Notes: generated by a model not told the origin, from the sequence alone. Shown: positions 16,815 through 26,659, numbered from the stretch's first letter. The stretch is DNA of 64,000 bases from Candidatus Kaiserbacteria bacterium RIFCSPHIGHO2_01_FULL_58_22 (GCA_001781445.1 MFLB01000034.1:17793-81792), one strand, 5' to 3'. A program made the numbers and translations.

Positions 16815-18086
16815 ATGGAAAATAATCCGTGGGAGAGAGCGCGCGCGCAGATGCATGCGGCGGCATCGCATCTTTCGCTCCCGCCGGCGTTCATCGAACG
16901 CATGGAAAAGCCGGATCACGTTATCGAGGTCTCCATGCATGTGCCGATGGACGACGGGCGCACGGAGGTTTTTCACGGCTATCGCGTCCAGCACAACAAC
17001 CTCCGCGGCCCCTACAAAGGCGGTCTTCGATATCATCCGAAAGTAGACATGGACGAGGTAAAGGCGCTCGCGTTCTGGATGACCGTGAAAAACGCCGTCA
17101 TCGATGTCCCGTTTGGCGGCGGGAAGGGAGGCATTACGGTCGACCCGAAGAAGCTCTCGGAGGGCGAGCTTGAGCGCCTGACGCGCGCATTCGCGCGGGA
17201 GCTCGCGCCGTACATCGGCCCGGAGATAGACGTGCCCGCGCCCGACGTGAACACCACGCCGAAGATCATGTCGTGGATCCGCGACGAATACGGCAAGGCG
17301 GTTGGCAAGGATACGCCAGCGGTCGTTACTGGAAAGCCTGTCGGCGCGGGCGGCTCGGAAGGAAGAACGGAAGCGACGGGCCTCGGCGGTTTTTACGCGC
17401 TCATGGAGATCGTGCGGCTTTCGGGGAGAGGACACAGCGGCTTGAAGGCCGCGATACAGGGTTTCGGCAACGTGGGCAGTTTCCTTGCCGGATACATGAA
17501 GGAGGCGGGGTTTCGCGTCGTCGCGCTTTCCGATTCGAAAGGCGGTCTCTATATCCCGAAGGGCATAGACGATCTGAAGGCGGTCGCGGAGTGCAAAGAG
17601 CGAAGCGGCACGCTCGCCGGATGCTACTGCGTCGGGAGCGTGTGCGATCTTTCCAACATGGAGCTTTTGGGAGGCCGCGATATTTCCCCGAAGGAGGTCT
17701 TGACGCTTCCAGTGGACATCGTCGCGCCTTCGGCCCTCGAAAATGCCATCACGAAAGAGAACGCCGCCGCGATCCAAGCTGGCATTGTTCTCGAAATGGC
17801 CAATGGTCCGACAACGCTCGAAGCCGACGAGATCCTGCGGAAGAAGGGTGCGATGGTCATACCGGATATTCTCGCCAATGCCGGCGGCGTTGCGGTTTCC
17901 TACTTCGAGTGGTATCAGAACATGCACGGCGAGACATGGAAAAAGCAAGATGTGTTCGCTAAGCTCAAGGAGAAGATTGATGCCGCGGCACGTGCCGTCT
18001 TTGCCGCCTCGGAGGAATACTCGGTTTCCCTGCGTGAAGCGGCCTACATCGTGGCGCTCAAGCGCCTCTCCGACGCCGCCTACTGA
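16815..18086 (+). CDS. gdhA: glutamate dehydrogenase
   Basis: DVPFGGGKGGITVDPKK and GFGNVGS motifs. 423 aa. Confidence 0.9.
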   Translation: MENNPWERARAQMHAAASHLSLPPAFIERMEKPDHVIEVSMHVPMDDGRTEVFHGYRVQHNNLRGPYKGGLRYHPKVDMDEVKALAFWMTVKNAVIDVPFGGGKGGITVDPKKLSEGELERLTRAFARELAPYIGPEIDVPAPDVNTTPKIMSWIRDEYGKAVGKDTPAVVTGKPVGAGGSEGRTEATGLGGFYALMEIVRLSGRGHSGLKAAIQGFGNVGSFLAGYMKEAGFRVVALSDSKGGLYIPKGIDDLKAVAECKERSGTLAGCYCVGSVCDLSNMELLGGRDISPKEVLTLPVDIVAPSALENAITKENAAAIQAGIVLEMANGPTTLEADEILRKKGAMVIPDILANAGGVAVSYFEWYQNMHGETWKKQDVFAKLKEKIDAAARAVFAASEEYSVSLREAAYIVALKRLSDAAY

Positions 18087-18156
18087 CAAACACACAACTC
18101 CCTAGCGGATTTAATGACAGTTCAGGAACTGGATGTATCGAATGGAGTTCAACTTA

Positions 18157-18170
18157 TGAACATATGTTCA
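18157..18170. promoter_or_regulatory. 14-bp perfect palindrome TGAACATATGTTCA (resembles the Gram-positive LexA/Cheo-box core GAACATATGTTC) upstream of doxX
   Basis: Read from the sequence. It sits between TTCAAC (18148-53) and CATATT (18171-76), i.e. it fills a 17-nt promoter-like spacer. Confidence 0.4.
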
Positions 18171-18231
18171 CATATTGAAACATTGAGCGCCATAGCATAG
18201 AGAGTGCGGATGGGGATAGTGGGCGTTTCGT

Positions 18232-18636
18232 TTGCTATCATGTATCGCCATGACGAGAAATCATCTGGACAAATACGCCGCTCCAGTGCTCCGCTTCGGG
18301 CTCGTCATGCTCTTTTTGTGGTTCGGGCTCTCGCAGATCATAAGCCCGGGAGATTGGGTTGCGTGGGTTCCCGAGTTGGCAAGCGCTCTTATGCCTGCGC
18401 ATACCATCATACTTTTGAACGGCGCATTCGAGACCATTCTAGGCCTTGCGCTTGCGGCGGGTTTCTACACGCGCATCGCGGCGCTCCTTCTCTCACTCCA
18501 CCTCTTTTTCATCGCGTGGGAGATCGGCTACAACGACGTCGGTGTCCGCGATTTCGCGCTCGCTGTTTGCGCGCTCTCGCTCGCTCTTTTTTCACCTGAT
18601 CAGTACACGCTTGATAAACGTCTACGAAAAGAGTAA
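18232..18636 (+). CDS. DoxX family membrane protein
   Basis: Small four-TM protein (LVMLFLWFGLSQIISP...) typical of DoxX. The start could be the internal Met at 18253. Confidence 0.7.
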   Translation: MLSCIAMTRNHLDKYAAPVLRFGLVMLFLWFGLSQIISPGDWVAWVPELASALMPAHTIILLNGAFETILGLALAAGFYTRIAALLLSLHLFFIAWEIGYNDVGVRDFALAVCALSLALFSPDQYTLDKRLRKE

Positions 18637-18645
18637 GGTCTCGCA

Positions 18646-19413
18646 ATGGAGAGATTCATCCAGCGCATCGCCAAAAAAGCCGGCGACGCCGTACTCGAGA
18701 AATTCGGCAAATTTGGCGTTCACTATTTGAAATCGGAACACCGCGGAGATGCAGTGACAAAAGCAGACCTTATCGCTGATAAAATTATAACGAGCGCGAT
18801 CAAGAAGACCTATCCCTCTCATGGGATTATCTCGGAGGAAAGCGGAAGGACGCGCGAAGACGCTGAATATGTATGGATCACCGACCCTATAGACGGAACT
18901 TTCAATTTTGCGACAAGCGTGCCCCTCTTCGGGGTGATGGTCGCGCTAGCACGCAAGGGAATTGTTGAACTTTCCGCGATCTATTTGCCGACGACAAAGG
19001 AATTCTTTTTTGCGAAGCGTGGCAAAGGATCATTCTTGAACGGGAAGAAAATACATTGTTCTCGTGTCACGGACTTCACTGTGTCCGCTGGGATAGGGCC
19101 AACATGGCTTCGACCACGGGCAATAAAATTCATGTCAAGACTCCTGAAACATTCCGAGAATATGAACGTGATGTTCAATGGCTACGGGAGTATCGCGGTC
19201 GACGCTGCGTATATGGCGGCAGGTCGAAGGGATTGGTTTGTCGGTTTTGGTGCTCATGTGCACGACTACGCACCCATATCGCTTCTCATGAAAGAATCAG
19301 GTTGCAGGATATCGAACGCGAAAGGTAGACCGTGGACCATCCTAGACACCGAGATTGTCGCCGCAAATCCCACTCTGCACAAACAGCTTTTGAAGCTCAC
19401 GAAGAACGTATAA
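18646..19413 (+). CDS. inositol monophosphatase family protein (SuhB-like)
   Basis: WITDPIDGTFNF and the other IMPase motifs. 255 aa. Confidence 0.85.
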   Translation: MERFIQRIAKKAGDAVLEKFGKFGVHYLKSEHRGDAVTKADLIADKIITSAIKKTYPSHGIISEESGRTREDAEYVWITDPIDGTFNFATSVPLFGVMVALARKGIVELSAIYLPTTKEFFFAKRGKGSFLNGKKIHCSRVTDFTVSAGIGPTWLRPRAIKFMSRLLKHSENMNVMFNGYGSIAVDAAYMAAGRRDWFVGFGAHVHDYAPISLLMKESGCRISNAKGRPWTILDTEIVAANPTLHKQLLKLTKNV

Positions 19414-19431
19414 GTGGCAGTGCCACTACAC

Positions 19432-19460
19432 TTGACTAAAGCACTGTAGTTTGCTAAAGT
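19432..19460 (+). promoter_or_regulatory. promoter TTGACT-17-TAAAGT immediately upstream of yerC-like gene (transcript would be leaderless)
   Basis: -35 at 19432-37, -10 at 19455-60, ATG at 19467. Confidence 0.5.
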
Positions 19461-19466
19461 ATCAGG

Positions 19467-19748
19467 ATGAACTGGAGTAGTCCGGCAAATACGGCCTTGA
19501 TCAAGGCTTTTCTGGCACTCAAGAGTGCGCGGGAGGCGCGCTCCTTTTTGCGCGACCTTCTCACCGAAACAGAGCTAGAAGAATTTGCAAAACGCCTCAA
19601 GACGGCGTCTCTGCTTGCCAAGAAAGTCCCGTACTCGACGATCGAGGCGGAGACCGGACTTAGTTCGACGACAATCGCGCGCGTCGCTCATTGGCTCCAT
19701 CGCGGCATGGGTGGGTATCGCTTGGTGCTTAAGCGTCTTAAACAGTAA
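19467..19748 (+). CDS. YerC/YecD-family TrpR-like protein
   Basis: 93-aa protein (SFLRDLLTETELEEFAKRL...STIARVAHWL) typical of the Trp-repressor-like YerC family. 55 bp upstream of hisG. Confidence 0.7.
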   Translation: MNWSSPANTALIKAFLALKSAREARSFLRDLLTETELEEFAKRLKTASLLAKKVPYSTIEAETGLSSTTIARVAHWLHRGMGGYRLVLKRLKQ

Positions 19749-19803
19749 AAAATACATAACACCAGCGAACCCGCCTCCAAGGGGTGGTTTTCTCAAAACA
19801 ATT

Positions 19804-20427
19804 ATGATGCATCTCATATACAACCAAGAACGACTGCGCATCGCGGTGCAAAAGAAGGGCAGGCTCCACGAAGCGAGCATGAAATACCTCTCTTCGCGCG
19901 GACTCTCGTTCCCACAAAACGGCAAATCGCTCATTCAGTCATCCGAGGATTCCGATGTCGATGTTCTCTACTTGCGGGACGATGACATCCCGGAATATGT
20001 CATGCGAGGTGTTGCAGATCTCGGTATCGTCGGGGAAAATGTACTCGCCGAACGGGATAAGCAACTCTCCATCGTCGCGAAACTGGGCTTCGGAGAATGC
20101 AAACTCATAATCGCGGTGCCGAAGAATTCGAGGATGAAGGTTCCGGCGGACCTGCGGGGCAAACGCATTGCAACGTCATACCCAAACTTGCTCAGCGCTT
20201 TCCTCAAGAAAGAAGGCGTTGAAGCCGAAATCGTGTCTATTTCCGGTTCGGCGGAAATTACGGTCGAACTCGATCTTGCCGACGCGGTCTGCGACATCAC
20301 GCAGACGGGCGCTACGCTCGCGGCGCACGAGCTTGTGCCAATCGTTACCATAATGGAATCTCAAGCGGTACTCATCGAAAGTGCCGGGAAGAGCATGCGG
20401 AAACAGGATTTTTTAAAAGGGTTATGA
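19804..20427 (+). CDS. hisG: ATP phosphoribosyltransferase, short form (HisGs)
   Basis: LRIAVQKKGRLHE...MRGVADLGIVGEN. 208 aa, the short-form length. In-frame ATG at 19804 within ORF 19585-20427. Confidence 0.85.
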   Translation: MMHLIYNQERLRIAVQKKGRLHEASMKYLSSRGLSFPQNGKSLIQSSEDSDVDVLYLRDDDIPEYVMRGVADLGIVGENVLAERDKQLSIVAKLGFGECKLIIAVPKNSRMKVPADLRGKRIATSYPNLLSAFLKKEGVEAEIVSISGSAEITVELDLADAVCDITQTGATLAAHELVPIVTIMESQAVLIESAGKSMRKQDFLKGL

Positions 20428-21707
20428 AAACACTCTCAACCAAAAAAGAATCCATCACTGCGCTCATAAAGCGCCTCCGGCGCGCGCGAAGCAAACGGAG
20501 CGACGTGGAAGATTCGGTACGGCGAATTGTCGATGACGTGCGGCGAAGAGGCGATCGCGCGCTTATCGATCTTACGAAGAAATTCGATGGCGTCGCTCTG
20601 AAGCGCTTGCGGGTGTCTGAAGCGGAAATACGCACGGCGTACCGCATTGAATCGAGAGACGTTGTCCGAGCGCTCAAGAGCGCCCGCGCCGCCATTGCAA
20701 AATTCCACGCGCAAAACGTGAAAAGGGAGAAAGCGGTCGAAACGCAGAAAGGCGTGCGGGTATGGCGCGAATTCCGGCCCATCGAGAACGTCGGCCTCTA
20801 TGTGCCGGGAGGCAAGGCCGCGTATCCGTCTACCGTTTTGATGCTTGGCGTTCCGGCGAAACTGGCTGGATGCAAAGAGGTGGTGCTCTGCGTCCCGCCG
20901 GATAGGAGTGGCAAAGTCCCGAGTGCGGTGCTCGTGGCGGCAGATCTGTGCGGCATCTCGAAGATTTTCAAAGTGGGCGGCGCGCAGGCAATCGCGGCCC
21001 TTGCATACGGCACGAAGACCATCCCGAAAGTTTCAAAGATATTCGGGCCGGGGAACCAGTACGTGACGACTGCCAAGATGCAAGTCTTCGGAGAAGTCGA
21101 CATCGACATGCCCGCCGGGCCCTCGGAGGTACTCGTGCTCGCGGATGCGAGCGCGAATCCCGCATGGGTCGCCGCAGACCTACTCTCCCAGCTCGAACAC
21201 GGGGAAGATTCGCAAGCCATTCTCGTCACCCCTGATGCGAAGTTTGCCGCAGACGTCGTGAAGAACGTCAATGAGCAGGTCAAAACGCTGAGCCGCGGAG
21301 CGATCATCGGGAAATCCCTCAAGCGGAGCTTTGCCGTTGTCGTGAAATCGATTGACGAAGCGTGCCGCTTTATCAATGAGTATGCGCCGGAGCACTTGGA
21401 AATCGTGCTCAAAAAGAATGAAGCAAAGGTTCTGAAGAAAATCGAGAATGCCGGCTCCATCTTCCTTGGCCCGTACGCGTCCGAACCGTTGGGTGATTAC
21501 GCAACAGGCGCGAACCACACGTTGCCGACATCGGGATTCGCGAAGATGTTTTCAGCCCTCTCGGTCGAATCATTTGGCAAGAAGATGCAAATACAGCGCG
21601 TCTCAAAGCGCGGGATCGCGAATCTCCGCAAAACAGTCGAAACGCTGGCAGATCGGGAGGGCCTTGATGCTCACAAGAGGGCTGTCGGTATCCGCTTCAA
21701 AAAATAA
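20424..21707 (+). CDS. hisD: histidinol dehydrogenase
   Basis: 427 aa with typical HisD sequence. Overlaps hisG by 4 bp. Confidence 0.9.
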   Translation: MKTLSTKKESITALIKRLRRARSKRSDVEDSVRRIVDDVRRRGDRALIDLTKKFDGVALKRLRVSEAEIRTAYRIESRDVVRALKSARAAIAKFHAQNVKREKAVETQKGVRVWREFRPIENVGLYVPGGKAAYPSTVLMLGVPAKLAGCKEVVLCVPPDRSGKVPSAVLVAADLCGISKIFKVGGAQAIAALAYGTKTIPKVSKIFGPGNQYVTTAKMQVFGEVDIDMPAGPSEVLVLADASANPAWVAADLLSQLEHGEDSQAILVTPDAKFAADVVKNVNEQVKTLSRGAIIGKSLKRSFAVVVKSIDEACRFINEYAPEHLEIVLKKNEAKVLKKIENAGSIFLGPYASEPLGDYATGANHTLPTSGFAKMFSALSVESFGKKMQIQRVSKRGIANLRKTVETLADREGLDAHKRAVGIRFKK

Positions 21708-21708
21708 T

Positions 21709-22746
21709 ATGATCGATAACCTCGTCAGGAAAAATGTAAAAAACCTGAAGCCGTATGCCTCGGCGCGCTCTCTTTACCAGGAGGGGGTCTTCTTCGATGC
21801 CAATGAAAACGCGCTCGGAAGCACTGTTACGGTCCCGGATGTTCCGGACCTGAACCGCTATCCCGATCCGAAATCCGCCGATCTGCGGAAAGCCATCGCG
21901 GCATACGTTGGAGTCGATCCGGCGCAGGTGTTCGTGGGGAACGGCTCCGACGAGGCAATCGATCTTCTCATCCGCGTGTTTGTCGAGCCGAATGAAGCCG
22001 TCATAATCGTTGAGCCGACATATGGCATGTACAAGGTAGCGGCCGAGACAGCAGGGGTGGAAATACGTCCGTGGCCTCTCACCGGTTCCTTCCAGCTCGA
22101 CCTCTCATCTCTCGGTACTGTCTCCGCGGGGGCAAAACTCATCTTTTCCTGCTCGCCCAACAATCCGACAGGAAATCTGCTCCCCATCGAGGATGTGCGG
22201 GGGCTCTGCTCGAAATTCAAGGGCATTGTCGTCCTTGATGAAGCATACATAGAATTTGCCTCTCAGCCTTCATTGGCGGAAAAAGTCCGTGAGATTGAAA
22301 ATCTCGTCGTACTTCGGACGTTCTCCAAGGCGTGGGGGCTGGCGGGGATTCGCGTCGGCTATGCGATCGCACATCCGAAGGTAATAGGGTATATGGACAG
22401 AATAAAGGCGCCTTACAACCTCGGCCGCGTGAGCGCCGCGCTTGCGCAGAGGGCGCTCAAGAATAAAGATGATATGCTTCGCATGCGGGAGCGCATCCTC
22501 GCCGAGCGCTTGCGCGTCGCGAGGGAGCTCAAGGAGGTGAATTTCAACGTATTCGAAAGCGAGGCGAATTTTCTCTTGGTGCAGTATCCCGGTATGTCAA
22601 AAATCGCAACAATACTCGCCGAAGAATACGGGCTCATTATCCGGGATTTTAGCGGGAGGGAACGGCTCGAAGATTGCGCGCGCATCACCATCGGGACGCC
22701 GGAGCAAAACGACCGATTAGTAGAGACTCTAAAGAAGATCGTATGA
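21709..22746 (+). CDS. hisC: histidinol-phosphate aminotransferase
   Basis: LKPYASARS N-terminus and the TFSKAWGLAGIRVGY PLP-lysine motif. In-frame ATG at 21709. Confidence 0.85.
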   Translation: MIDNLVRKNVKNLKPYASARSLYQEGVFFDANENALGSTVTVPDVPDLNRYPDPKSADLRKAIAAYVGVDPAQVFVGNGSDEAIDLLIRVFVEPNEAVIIVEPTYGMYKVAAETAGVEIRPWPLTGSFQLDLSSLGTVSAGAKLIFSCSPNNPTGNLLPIEDVRGLCSKFKGIVVLDEAYIEFASQPSLAEKVREIENLVVLRTFSKAWGLAGIRVGYAIAHPKVIGYMDRIKAPYNLGRVSAALAQRALKNKDDMLRMRERILAERLRVARELKEVNFNVFESEANFLLVQYPGMSKIATILAEEYGLIIRDFSGRERLEDCARITIGTPEQNDRLVETLKKIV

Positions 22747-23810
22747 AAAAGCAACAGAAGAAATCTCCGATGAAAGTCGCGTTTCTCGATCGCGATGGCA
22801 CTCTCATTTTCGAGCCGCCGGTGACTGAACAAGTGAACGGACCCGAGCAGTTGCGCATTTTGCCGGGTGTTGTCGAGGGGCTGAAAAAGCTCATCGCCGA
22901 AGGGTTTGCGTTGGTTATGGTTACGAATCAGGACGGACTTGGTAGCCGTTCATATCCCCAGAAGAATTTCGACGCGGTTCAGGGCGCGCTGTTCAAGCGC
23001 TTGAAAAAAGAGGGGGTTCAGTTTTATCGGATTTTCATTTGTCCGCACTTCCCGAAGGAAAAGTGTGCATGCCGCAAGCCGAAAGTCGGCCTCCTGAAGG
23101 GTTTTCTCAAGAAAGCATCCGTTGATCGCGGAGCATCTATAGTCGTGGGAGATCACGATTCGGACGAAGAATTCGCAAAAAATATCGGCATTCGATTCTA
23201 CCGAATGGAAACGAATGGCGCGTTTCCGCGCTTTGCGTCTCTCAAGCGAGAGACGAAAGAAACCGCCATTTTGGCAGAGTGTAATCTCGACGGCACCGGC
23301 GCTTTCAGCATCAGTACGGGGTTACGTTTTTTCGACCACATGCTAGAGCAATTTTCGAAGCACTCCCTCATAGACCTTCGAATCAAGGCGAAGGGGGATT
23401 TGGATATAGACGACCACCACACGATCGAAGACGTCGGTCTCGCTCTCGGGGAAACGCTGAAGAATGCCCTCGGCGAGCGCCGCGGCATCAAGCGGTACGG
23501 CTTTCTCCTGCCCATGGACGACGTGCTCGTGGAGTGCGCCGTCGATCTCGGCGGGCGCCCGTATTTGGCGTTTAATGCGTCGTTCAAGCGCGAGAAGGTC
23601 GGCGATCTTCCGACCGAGATGGTAGAGCACTTCTTCCGGTCGGTAGCCGAAACCTTGAAAGCGAACATCCACATCAATGTGAAATACGGCACGAATGAGC
23701 ACCACAAGATTGAAGCGATCTTCAAGGCGTTCGCTAAGGCAATGAAGGATGCCGTTGCCTTGGATCCTCGCCGGAAGAATGAACTTCCCACGACCAAGGG
23801 GGTTCTATGA
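22743..23810 (+). CDS. hisB: bifunctional histidinol-phosphatase (HAD) / imidazoleglycerol-phosphate dehydratase
   Basis: N-terminal HAD motif FLDRDGTLI plus C-terminal IGPD (DHHTIEDVGLALGE). ATGA overlap with hisC. Confidence 0.85.
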   Translation: MKKQQKKSPMKVAFLDRDGTLIFEPPVTEQVNGPEQLRILPGVVEGLKKLIAEGFALVMVTNQDGLGSRSYPQKNFDAVQGALFKRLKKEGVQFYRIFICPHFPKEKCACRKPKVGLLKGFLKKASVDRGASIVVGDHDSDEEFAKNIGIRFYRMETNGAFPRFASLKRETKETAILAECNLDGTGAFSISTGLRFFDHMLEQFSKHSLIDLRIKAKGDLDIDDHHTIEDVGLALGETLKNALGERRGIKRYGFLLPMDDVLVECAVDLGGRPYLAFNASFKREKVGDLPTEMVEHFFRSVAETLKANIHINVKYGTNEHHKIEAIFKAFAKAMKDAVALDPRRKNELPTTKGVL

Positions 23811-24397
23811 ACATCTCGGTCATAGACTATGGGGCGAGCAATTTGCAGAGCGTCGGCAATGCGCTCGAGAAGTTGGGAGTATCGTTCGACGTCATCACGA
23901 CGCCGGAAGGATTGAAAGGCACCGACAAGGTCATTCTGCCCGGCGTGGGCGCCGCCGGAAGCGCGATGCAAGCGCTCATGGCGCGCGGATTTGCCGCCGC
24001 CTTGCCGAATCTCACGGTCCCCATACTCGGAGTGTGTCTTGGTCTGCAGCTTTTCGCACGCATGAGTGAGGAGGACAATACGACATGCCTCGGCATTCTC
24101 CCGGGCGATGTGAAGCGTCTTCGCACCGAGCTAAAAGTGCCGCACATGGGATGGAATCGCGTTCGCTTGCTCAAGGATTCACCGCTCACAAAAGGAATTC
24201 CAGATGGCAGTTTCTTCTATTTCGTAAACTCCTACTATCTACCTGTCGGCGAATTCACAACGGGAGAAACGATATACGATGTGCCACTTACCGCGATAGC
24301 GCAAAGGGGAAATTTCTACGGCACGCAGTTCCACCCCGAAAAATCGGCGGAGTGGGGCATGAAGATACTCGATAACTTCTGCCGCCTATCCCGGTAG
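23807..24397 (+). CDS. hisH: imidazole glycerol phosphate synthase, glutamine amidotransferase subunit
   Basis: Class-I GATase (GVCLGLQLF, catalytic H/E near the C-terminus). 196 aa. Confidence 0.9.
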   Translation: MNISVIDYGASNLQSVGNALEKLGVSFDVITTPEGLKGTDKVILPGVGAAGSAMQALMARGFAAALPNLTVPILGVCLGLQLFARMSEEDNTTCLGILPGDVKRLRTELKVPHMGWNRVRLLKDSPLTKGIPDGSFFYFVNSYYLPVGEFTTGETIYDVPLTAIAQRGNFYGTQFHPEKSAEWGMKILDNFCRLSR

Positions 24398-24536
24398 TGA
24401 AATGTGCCTTAGGCTTACACAAATCTATGGAAACAAATAACGAATGTATCCAAAGTGCAACACGCGAGAGTTCATGGTTCACGCCGCGCCAAGACGGCGT
24501 GCCGCTTGGCGCAAAGGCACATTCTACCAACCGGGT

Positions 24537-26009
24537 ATGCTGATAATTCCGGCAATAGACATCCTCGACGGGAAATGCGTGCGGCTTACGCGCGGCGAAT
24601 ACGTTACGCAAAAGATATACGGCGATCCGCTGAAGTTCGCGAAACAGCTCGAAAGCGACGGCGCGCGCATGCTCCACGTCGTTGATCTCAACGGCGCGCG
24701 CGACGGCGCGCCCGCGAACCGCGAGCTCATCATGCGGATATGCTCGGCGGTTTCCATTCCCGTCGAGGTCGGGGGAGGCATACGAAAAGCGGAGACGGCG
24801 CGGGCGTATCTCGCCGCGGAAGCGGCGCGCGTCGTAACAGGCACGAGGGCCATGGACGACATGGACTTCGTCGGTGAGCTCATACGCGAGTTCGGCGCTT
24901 CACGCATCGTCGTCGCGCTGGAAATAAAGGGCGGGAAGGTCGCCGTCAAGGGATGGCAGTCCACGGTGCACAAGGACTATCGCGAGCTCGCGCGCGAGCT
25001 CAAGGCCCGCGGCGTTACCGAGCTCCTCTTTACCGACGTCGAGCGGGACGGCACGCTGACGGAGCCCAACTTCGAAGTGGTGCGGGAACTCGCCGCTCTC
25101 GGGTTCAACGTCATCGCCTCGGGGGGCGTTTCGGACGTGCAAGCGATACGAAAACTTCGGGAGCTCGGCGCCGCAAGCGCGATAATCGGCAAAGCGCTCT
25201 ACGAGGAGAAGATGACGCTCGGAGAGGCCGAGGAAGCCGCGCGGCCGCTTTCCGGATTGGCGAAGCGCATCGTTCCGTGTCTCGACGTCAAGGACGGGAA
25301 GGTGGTGAAGGGAATTTCGTTCGAGAATCTTCAAATCGTTGGCGATCCGGCGGCGCTCGGCAAGAAATATTCCGCGGAAGGAGCCGATGAACTCGTTTTT
25401 CTCGATATCTCCGCATCGAAGGAAGGAAGGGAAACGATGTTCAGCGTTGTCGAGCAGGTTGCGAAGGAAGTCTTCATTCCTTTCACCGTCGGCGGCGGCA
25501 TCTCGAGCGTGGAGCAGATGCGGCGGCTTCTCCACCTCGGAGCCGAAAAGGTTTCAATCAATACAGCGGCCGTCAAAGACCCTTCTCTCATCACGGCAGG
25601 TTCGAAGGCTTTCGGCTCACAAGCTATCGTCGTTGCAATAGACGCGAAGCGCGTAGGAACAGGATGGAAAGTGTTTTTGAGAGGCGGCTCTGAAGAAACA
25701 CAGCTCGACGCGATAGCGTGGGCGAAAGAAGCAGAAACACGAGGCGCAGGAGAAATACTGCTTACTTCGATGGACAAAGATGGGCAGAAATCCGGATACG
25801 ATATCGAGCTTTTGCGACGAGTCTCGGAGGCAGTGCGCATTCCCGTCGTCGCTTCCGGCGGGGCCGGTTCGCTCGAAGACCTGAAACGCGCGCTTACCGA
25901 CGGCTCGGCCGATGCGGCGCTCGTCGCGAGCCTTTTCCACTACGGGGAGTATAGTATTACAGACGCCAAGGAATACCTCGCGAAAGAGGGTATTTCGATG
26001 CGCACATAA
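24537..26009 (+). CDS. hisAF: fused HisA (ProFAR isomerase) - HisF (IGP synthase cyclase subunit) in one ORF
   Basis: The N-terminal ~240 aa read [17 protein letters not shown]...[13 protein letters not shown] (HisA). After a short linker, [16 protein letters not shown]...GGGISSV...[12 protein letters not shown] (HisF). No stop codon between them in the six-frame track. A start at 24474 is an alternative. Confidence 0.8.
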   Translation: MLIIPAIDILDGKCVRLTRGEYVTQKIYGDPLKFAKQLESDGARMLHVVDLNGARDGAPANRELIMRICSAVSIPVEVGGGIRKAETARAYLAAEAARVVTGTRAMDDMDFVGELIREFGASRIVVALEIKGGKVAVKGWQSTVHKDYRELARELKARGVTELLFTDVERDGTLTEPNFEVVRELAALGFNVIASGGVSDVQAIRKLRELGAASAIIGKALYEEKMTLGEAEEAARPLSGLAKRIVPCLDVKDGKVVKGISFENLQIVGDPAALGKKYSAEGADELVFLDISASKEGRETMFSVVEQVAKEVFIPFTVGGGISSVEQMRRLLHLGAEKVSINTAAVKDPSLITAGSKAFGSQAIVVAIDAKRVGTGWKVFLRGGSEETQLDAIAWAKEAETRGAGEILLTSMDKDGQKSGYDIELLRRVSEAVRIPVVASGGAGSLEDLKRALTDGSADAALVASLFHYGEYSITDAKEYLAKEGISMRT

Positions 26010-26012
26010 GAT

Positions 26013-26612
26013 ATGACAAAAAAACTCAACATTGATTGGAAGAAGGGAGGGGGTTTCGTGCCAGCCATTGTGCAAGATGCCGAAACGCGGGCCGTCTTGA
26101 TGCTCGGTTATATGAACAAAGCGGCGCTCACGAAGACACTCAAGACGAAGAAGGTTTGGTTTTGGAGCAGAAGCAAGAAGCGTCTCTGGATGAAAGGGGA
26201 GTTCAGCCGGAACATCCTGCAATTCACGGGTTATGAAATTGATTGCGACGGAGACGCGCTCCTCGTGAAAGCCCGACCCGCGGGGCCCACCTGCCACACG
26301 GGCGACTATTCCTGTTTCGGCGAGAAGAAGGCGAGAGATGTGTTCGCCGAACTTGCCGCCGTCATCGCGGAGCGCAAAAAGAAAATGCCCGTCGGCTCCT
26401 ACACCACCTCGCTTTTCAAGGCAGGAGTGGGGAAAATAACGGCAAAAGTAAAGGAGGAAGCACTCGAGGTCGTTAAAGCCGCCAAAAAGGAAACCAAAAA
26501 ACGCCTGACTGAAGAAACTGTCGACCTCGTCTACCACCTCCTCGTCCTTCTCGCGGAGAAGAACGTCTCGTTTTCCGAGATAGGCAAAGAAATCCGAAAG
26601 CGCCGCGCGTGA
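26013..26612 (+). CDS. hisIE: bifunctional phosphoribosyl-AMP cyclohydrolase / phosphoribosyl-ATP pyrophosphatase
   Basis: HisI core (DCDGDALL...CHTGDYSCF) followed by a HisE-like C-terminus. 199 aa. Confidence 0.85.
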   Translation: MTKKLNIDWKKGGGFVPAIVQDAETRAVLMLGYMNKAALTKTLKTKKVWFWSRSKKRLWMKGEFSRNILQFTGYEIDCDGDALLVKARPAGPTCHTGDYSCFGEKKARDVFAELAAVIAERKKKMPVGSYTTSLFKAGVGKITAKVKEEALEVVKAAKKETKKRLTEETVDLVYHLLVLLAEKNVSFSEIGKEIRKRRA

Positions 26613-26659
26613 TCCGGGAGCCGTTCACGAAAAGCACACGCGCATCGTGGACAATGAGC

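Noticed and set aside
16764-18095. 443-aa minus-strand ORF covering the whole gdhA gene
   Set aside because: It is an antisense shadow of glutamate dehydrogenase, which has unmistakable GDH motifs on the plus strand.
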